Below, piece by piece: positions 59,708-64,000 of a stretch of DNA of 64,000 nucleotides (the stretch's first letter is position 1; every line of letters begins with the position of its first letter). Location of the stretch: positions 384,001 through 448,000 of the forward strand of contig OY759353.1 of NCBI GenBank assembly GCA_963662315.1, written 5' to 3'. Below the pieces are notes generated by a model that saw nothing but the letters and a program-made list of their open reading frames with translations, was not told where the DNA came from and searched no databases. Position numbers and translations under genes: made by a program. Source of the stretch: Geopsychrobacteraceae bacterium. GTDB lineage: Bacteria > Desulfobacterota > Desulfuromonadia > Desulfuromonadales > Geopsychrobacteraceae.

Positions 59708-62700
59708 ATGGAACATGCTGATTTTGTTCACCTTCATCTGCATACCCAATACAGCCTCCTGGACGGGGCTATTAAAATAAAAGATCTGATTAAGCGGGCC
59801 AAGGAATTCAATATGCCGGCGGTCGCCATGACGGATCATGGGAACATGTTTGGCGCTGTTGAGTTTTATGATAAGGCCATCGCTTCGGGAATTAAGCCGG
59901 TCGTTGGCTGTGAGGTTTACGTCGCTCCGGGGTCACGTTTCACTAAGGGGAATGCCAGGGGTTCTTCGGAAGCTTCTTACCATCTGGTTTTGCTCTGTAT
60001 GAACCTGAAGGGGTACCAGAATATCTGTCGCCTTATATCCGCTGCTTATCGTGAGGGGTTTTATTATAAACCGCGCATCGATTGGGAGCTTTTGGCTCAG
60101 CACAATGAAGGTTTAATTGCCTTAAGTGCTTGCCTCGGCGGGGAATTGCCGACTCTGATAAATCTGAATCAGCCTGAAGAAGCTTTGCTCCGTGCTCGGG
60201 AAATGGCACAGATTTTTGATAATGATCGCCTTTATATTGAGCTGCAGGAAAACTATTTACCCGAACAGGCCAAAGCTAACAAAGGGTTGATCGAAATTGC
60301 TTCGGCTCTTGATCTGCCGTTGGTTGCAACCAATGACTGTCATTATCTGCTTAAAGATGACGCTTTTGCCCATGAAGTTTTACTCTGTATTCAGACCGGT
60401 AAAACTATGGACGATCCAAACCGGATGCGGTTTCCTAACGAGGAATTTTATTTTAAATCGGCCCAGGAAATGAAAGCCCTGTTTCCGCAGCAACCCGATG
60501 CCATCGCCAATACCCTTCAGATTGCTGAACGTTGTAATCTTGAACTTGATTTTAATACCTACCATTTTCCTCAATATGAAAAACCGGCCGACAAATCTCT
60601 TGACGATGTTCTGGAAGAACAGAGTTGGGAAGGTCTCGAAATCAGGCTGGACGAGATCCGAAAACTAAGGGCACTGACAGATGAGGACGTTAAGGTTTAT
60701 CATGAGCGTCTTGAAACCGAGCTGAACTGTATCAAACAAATGGGTTTCCCCGGTTATTTTCTGATTGTTGCCGATTTTATCAACTGGGGGAAAGACCACA
60801 ATATTCCTGTAGGTCCTGGCCGGGGATCTGCTGCGGGCAGTTTGGTTGCTTTCGCTATCCGTATTACCGATATTGATCCCATCCCCTACAACCTGCTGTT
60901 TGAACGTTTCCTCAACCCCGAACGTATCTCCATGCCTGATATCGACGTTGACTTCTGTATCTATGGGCGTGAAAAAGTTATTGAATATGTTCGTGAAAAA
61001 TACGGGGCAGCTAATGTCGCGCAGATTATCACTTTTGGTACCATGCTGGCCAAAGGAGTGTTGCGTGATGTCGGACGGGCGCTGAATATTCCTTACGGTG
61101 ATGTCGACAAGATTGCCAAGCTGGTTCCTAATGTCCTGGGTATTACCCTGAAAGAAGCGATCGAGCAGGAACCTAAATTAAAAGAACTGATCGATAAAGA
61201 TGCCAAAGTTAAAGAGTTGCTCAAGATTGCCTTGGCTCTTGAGGGGCTGACTCGTCACGCATCGACCCACGCTGCCGGGGTTGTGGTTACACCAAAACCG
61301 CTTCAGGAATACGTTCCCCTTTATGTCGATCCCAAATCGGGTGGTCAGGTTACCCAGTATCCGATGAAATATGTTGAACAGATCGGATTGGTCAAGTTTG
61401 ACTTTCTCGGACTTAAGACCCTGACTGTTATTGAGAATGCGGTGCGCCTGATTCGGGAAGGGCAGAATCCTGATTTTGATTTGAAGCTGGTTACCGATGA
61501 CGACAAGGCGACTTATGAGCTTTTGTCTCACGGCGAGACGACAGGCGTCTTTCAGCTTGAATCGAGCGGGATGAAAGAGTATCTGGTTAAGTTGAAGCCA
61601 AGTTGCTTTGAAGATCTTATCGCGATGGTTGCTTTGTATCGGCCGGGTCCTTTGGGGTCCGGGATGGTGGATTCATTTATCAAGCGAAAGCATGGTGTTG
61701 AAGAATTTAAATATGACTTTCCTCAACTTGAGCCGATTCTAAAAGATACCTACGGGGTTATTGTTTATCAGGAACAGGTTATGCTTATCGCCCAGACTCT
61801 GGCCAATTACAGTTTGGGTGGTGCTGATTTGCTGCGCCGGGCCATGGGTAAGAAAAAGCCAGAGGAAATGGCCAAGCAGAAGAAAATCTTCCTGGCGGGG
61901 GCTGCAGAAAACAAGCTTGATAACAAAAAAGCTGAAGCGGTTTTTGACCTTATGGAAAAATTTGCGGCTTACGGATTTAATAAATCTCACTCTGCCGCTT
62001 ATGCTCTGGTCGCCTATCATACGGCATATCTTAAAGCTCACTATCCAGTAGAGTTTATGGCTGCTCTGCTGACAGAGGATATGGAGAATACTGATAAAGT
62101 CATTAAGAATATCAGTGAGGTCCGGGCCATGGGTATTGAAGTTCAGCCCCCGGATATAAATGCTTCGGATCGCTCCTTCACCGTTTCTGATGGTGCTATT
62201 CGCTTTGGCCTGGGAGCGGTAAAGGGGGTTGGTGCGGCGGCCCTCGAATCAATTATCCATGTTCGTAAGGATGACCCTTATGCCTCATTACAGGATTTTT
62301 GTGAACGGGTTGATCTGCGCAAGGTTAACAAAAAAGTTGTAGAAGCTCTGATCAAATGCGGTGCCTTTGATTCACTGGGAGGCAAGCGATCCCAGTATTC
62401 TGAATCCCTTGAAAGCTCTATGGAGATTGGTCAGCGGTTACAAAAAGAGCAGCAATCCGGGCAGGATTCCCTGTTTGGTACCAGTGAAATTGTGTCGGCC
62501 GGTGGGAATGGCTATGGGGTGCTGCCTGATATACCTGAATGGGATGAAAAAACTCTCTTGAGCCACGAGAAGGATGCTCTGGGATTCTACGTATCCGGAC
62601 ACCCTCTGGCCAGACACAGCGACGCTATTAAACGTTACGCGACATGCGAAACAGCTGGTCTTGTCGAACGTTCTGACAAGGAAAAGGTACGGGTTTGTGG

Positions 62701-63178
62701 CATCGTTTCCGGCATTAAAGAATTAATGACCAAAAAGGGTGACCGGATGGCTTTCGTCACCCTGGAAGACCTGAGCGGCTCAGTTGAAATTGTTGTTTTT
62801 CCCGAGGTCTATGCCGCTGGTATGGAATACCTCAAAGGGGAGGAGCCGTTATTGATCAGTGGTGAGCTCGATGTTGGCGAGGAGGCTTGTAAAATCCTGG
62901 CAACCGAGGTTGCTCTGTTGAGTGAGGTCAAGCAGACTCTCGCACAAAAAGTACACATTCGCTTATCAACCCCAGGTCTTGAAGAGATACAGATGCGACA
63001 GCTGAAATCAATCGTTCAGCGTTACCGTGGTGATTGTGAAGTACAGTTACATATTGTAATTCCTAATCGTAGTGAAACGATTATCAAGTTGCCTGAACAA
63101 CTCAAAATGGCTGCATCTGATGAAGCTGTTGCTGATGCTCATGCTTTGTTTGGCTATAATGTTATGAATTTTGAGTAG
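59708..63178 (+). CDS. dnaE: DNA polymerase III alpha subunit
   Basis: PHP HLHTQYSLLDG, GRGSAAGS, PDIDVDF, YGFNKSH, OB-fold. Confidence 0.98.
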   Translation: MEHADFVHLHLHTQYSLLDGAIKIKDLIKRAKEFNMPAVAMTDHGNMFGAVEFYDKAIASGIKPVVGCEVYVAPGSRFTKGNARGSSEASYHLVLLCMNLKGYQNICRLISAAYREGFYYKPRIDWELLAQHNEGLIALSACLGGELPTLINLNQPEEALLRAREMAQIFDNDRLYIELQENYLPEQAKANKGLIEIASALDLPLVATNDCHYLLKDDAFAHEVLLCIQTGKTMDDPNRMRFPNEEFYFKSAQEMKALFPQQPDAIANTLQIAERCNLELDFNTYHFPQYEKPADKSLDDVLEEQSWEGLEIRLDEIRKLRALTDEDVKVYHERLETELNCIKQMGFPGYFLIVADFINWGKDHNIPVGPGRGSAAGSLVAFAIRITDIDPIPYNLLFERFLNPERISMPDIDVDFCIYGREKVIEYVREKYGAANVAQIITFGTMLAKGVLRDVGRALNIPYGDVDKIAKLVPNVLGITLKEAIEQEPKLKELIDKDAKVKELLKIALALEGLTRHASTHAAGVVVTPKPLQEYVPLYVDPKSGGQVTQYPMKYVEQIGLVKFDFLGLKTLTVIENAVRLIREGQNPDFDLKLVTDDDKATYELLSHGETTGVFQLESSGMKEYLVKLKPSCFEDLIAMVALYRPGPLGSGMVDSFIKRKHGVEEFKYDFPQLEPILKDTYGVIVYQEQVMLIAQTLANYSLGGADLLRRAMGKKKPEEMAKQKKIFLAGAAENKLDNKKAEAVFDLMEKFAAYGFNKSHSAAYALVAYHTAYLKAHYPVEFMAALLTEDMENTDKVIKNISEVRAMGIEVQPPDINASDRSFTVSDGAIRFGLGAVKGVGAAALESIIHVRKDDPYASLQDFCERVDLRKVNKKVVEALIKCGAFDSLGGKRSQYSESLESSMEIGQRLQKEQQSGQDSLFGTSEIVSAGGNGYGVLPDIPEWDEKTLLSHEKDALGFYVSGHPLARHSDAIKRYATCETAGLVERSDKEKVRVCGIVSGIKELMTKKGDRMAFVTLEDLSGSVEIVVFPEVYAAGMEYLKGEEPLLISGELDVGEEACKILATEVALLSEVKQTLAQKVHIRLSTPGLEEIQMRQLKSIVQRYRGDCEVQLHIVIPNRSETIIKLPEQLKMAASDEAVADAHALFGYNVMNFE

Positions 63179-63299
63179 ATTGTTGGGTTGTATAAGGCTT
63201 GTTCTTGACCTTATGGCTGCAAATGATTAATTTATTCAGTCGCCATAAATAAAGATAATAAAAGCTATTTAGCTGACGCCCGCAAGGGAGGAGAATATA

Positions 63300-64000
63300 A
63301 TGAATCAATTTCTCGATTTTGAAAAACCTATCGCTGATCTCGAGGCCAAAATCGGAGAGTTGCGTGACTATTCAACGGATAGTGTCGACTTTACCAGCGA
63401 AATAAAAAAGCTTGAAAAGAAAGCAGAAAAGCTGAAGAAGGAAATTTATTCAAACCTGACCCGGTGGCAACGTACTCAACTGGCCCGGCACGCCAATCGA
63501 CCATATTCACTGGACTATATTGATCGTATATTTACCGACTGGTTTGAGGTCCATGGCGATCGCAACTTCCGGGACGATCATGCTTTAGTCTGTGGGTTCG
63601 CCCGTATCGACGGAAAGCCGTGCTGTGTTATCGGTCATCAGAAGGGGCGCAACACCAAAGAAAAGGTGATGCGTAACTTTGCTATGCCTAATCCTGAAGG
63701 ATACCGCAAGGCTCTTAGGGTTATGCAGATGGCAGATCAGTTTAATCTCCCTATCTTTACTTTCGTGGATACCCCGGGGGCCTTCCCCGGTATTGGTGCC
63801 GAGGAACGTGGACAGGCTGAGGCTATTGCACGCAATCTGCGGGAAATGGCTATGTTGAAAGTCCCTGTTATCGTAACCATAACAGGTGAGGGTGGTTCTG
63901 GTGGGGCTCTTGCCATTGCGGTTGGTAATCGCGTTCTGATGATGGAAAATTCCGTCTATTCGGTTATTTCTCCGGAAGGGTGTGCTGCTATTTTGTGGTC
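63300..64000 (+). CDS. accA: Acetyl-CoA carboxylase carboxyltransferase alpha subunit (runs off window end)
   Basis: Translated by hand from ATG 63300 (SD GGAGG): [58 protein letters not shown]. Confidence 0.96.
   Translation, partial: MNQFLDFEKPIADLEAKIGELRDYSTDSVDFTSEIKKLEKKAEKLKKEIYSNLTRWQRTQLARHANRPYSLDYIDRIFTDWFEVHGDRNFRDDHALVCGFARIDGKPCCVIGHQKGRNTKEKVMRNFAMPNPEGYRKALRVMQMADQFNLPIFTFVDTPGAFPGIGAEERGQAEAIARNLREMAMLKVPVIVTITGEGGSGGALAIAVGNRVLMMENSVYSVISPEGCAAILW

Overview
Bacterial chromosomal window, most likely from a Desulfuromonadales/Geobacter-related deltaproteobacterium. This is inferred from the Geobacter-type frdCAB, the fur-feoB-ideR operon, a RomR-like regulator before valS, GEMM riboswitches and a PEP-CTERM gene. 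Housekeeping genes (argJ, deoC, deoB, dgt, valS, frdCAB, prfB, guaBA, opgGH, ilvC/ilvY, maf, guaC, dnaE, accA) alternate with accessory cell-envelope and regulatory loci between about 34 and 57 kb. Several signals are absent from or miscalled in the ORF track: a CxxU SelW/Rdx selenoprotein read through an in-frame TGA with a SECIS-like hairpin; the prfB +1 frameshift; two tandem c-di-GMP-I riboswitches, each apparently with its own OFF-type terminator, ahead of a large Ig/FN3/Ca-repeat surface protein; a self-contained ~150-nt transcript with a 15-codon ORF; and a WYL-type palindrome in front of an unknown gene. Best candidates for uncharacterised systems are (i) a nosZ-free NosL-NosL-hypothetical-ABC-Cys-rich membrane protein module, (ii) a Tat-lipoprotein/unknown/HEAT-repeat triad, (iii) the WYL regulator with its target gene, and (iv) the double-riboswitch surface-protein operon. 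No CRISPR array, rRNA, tRNA or IS element was seen.
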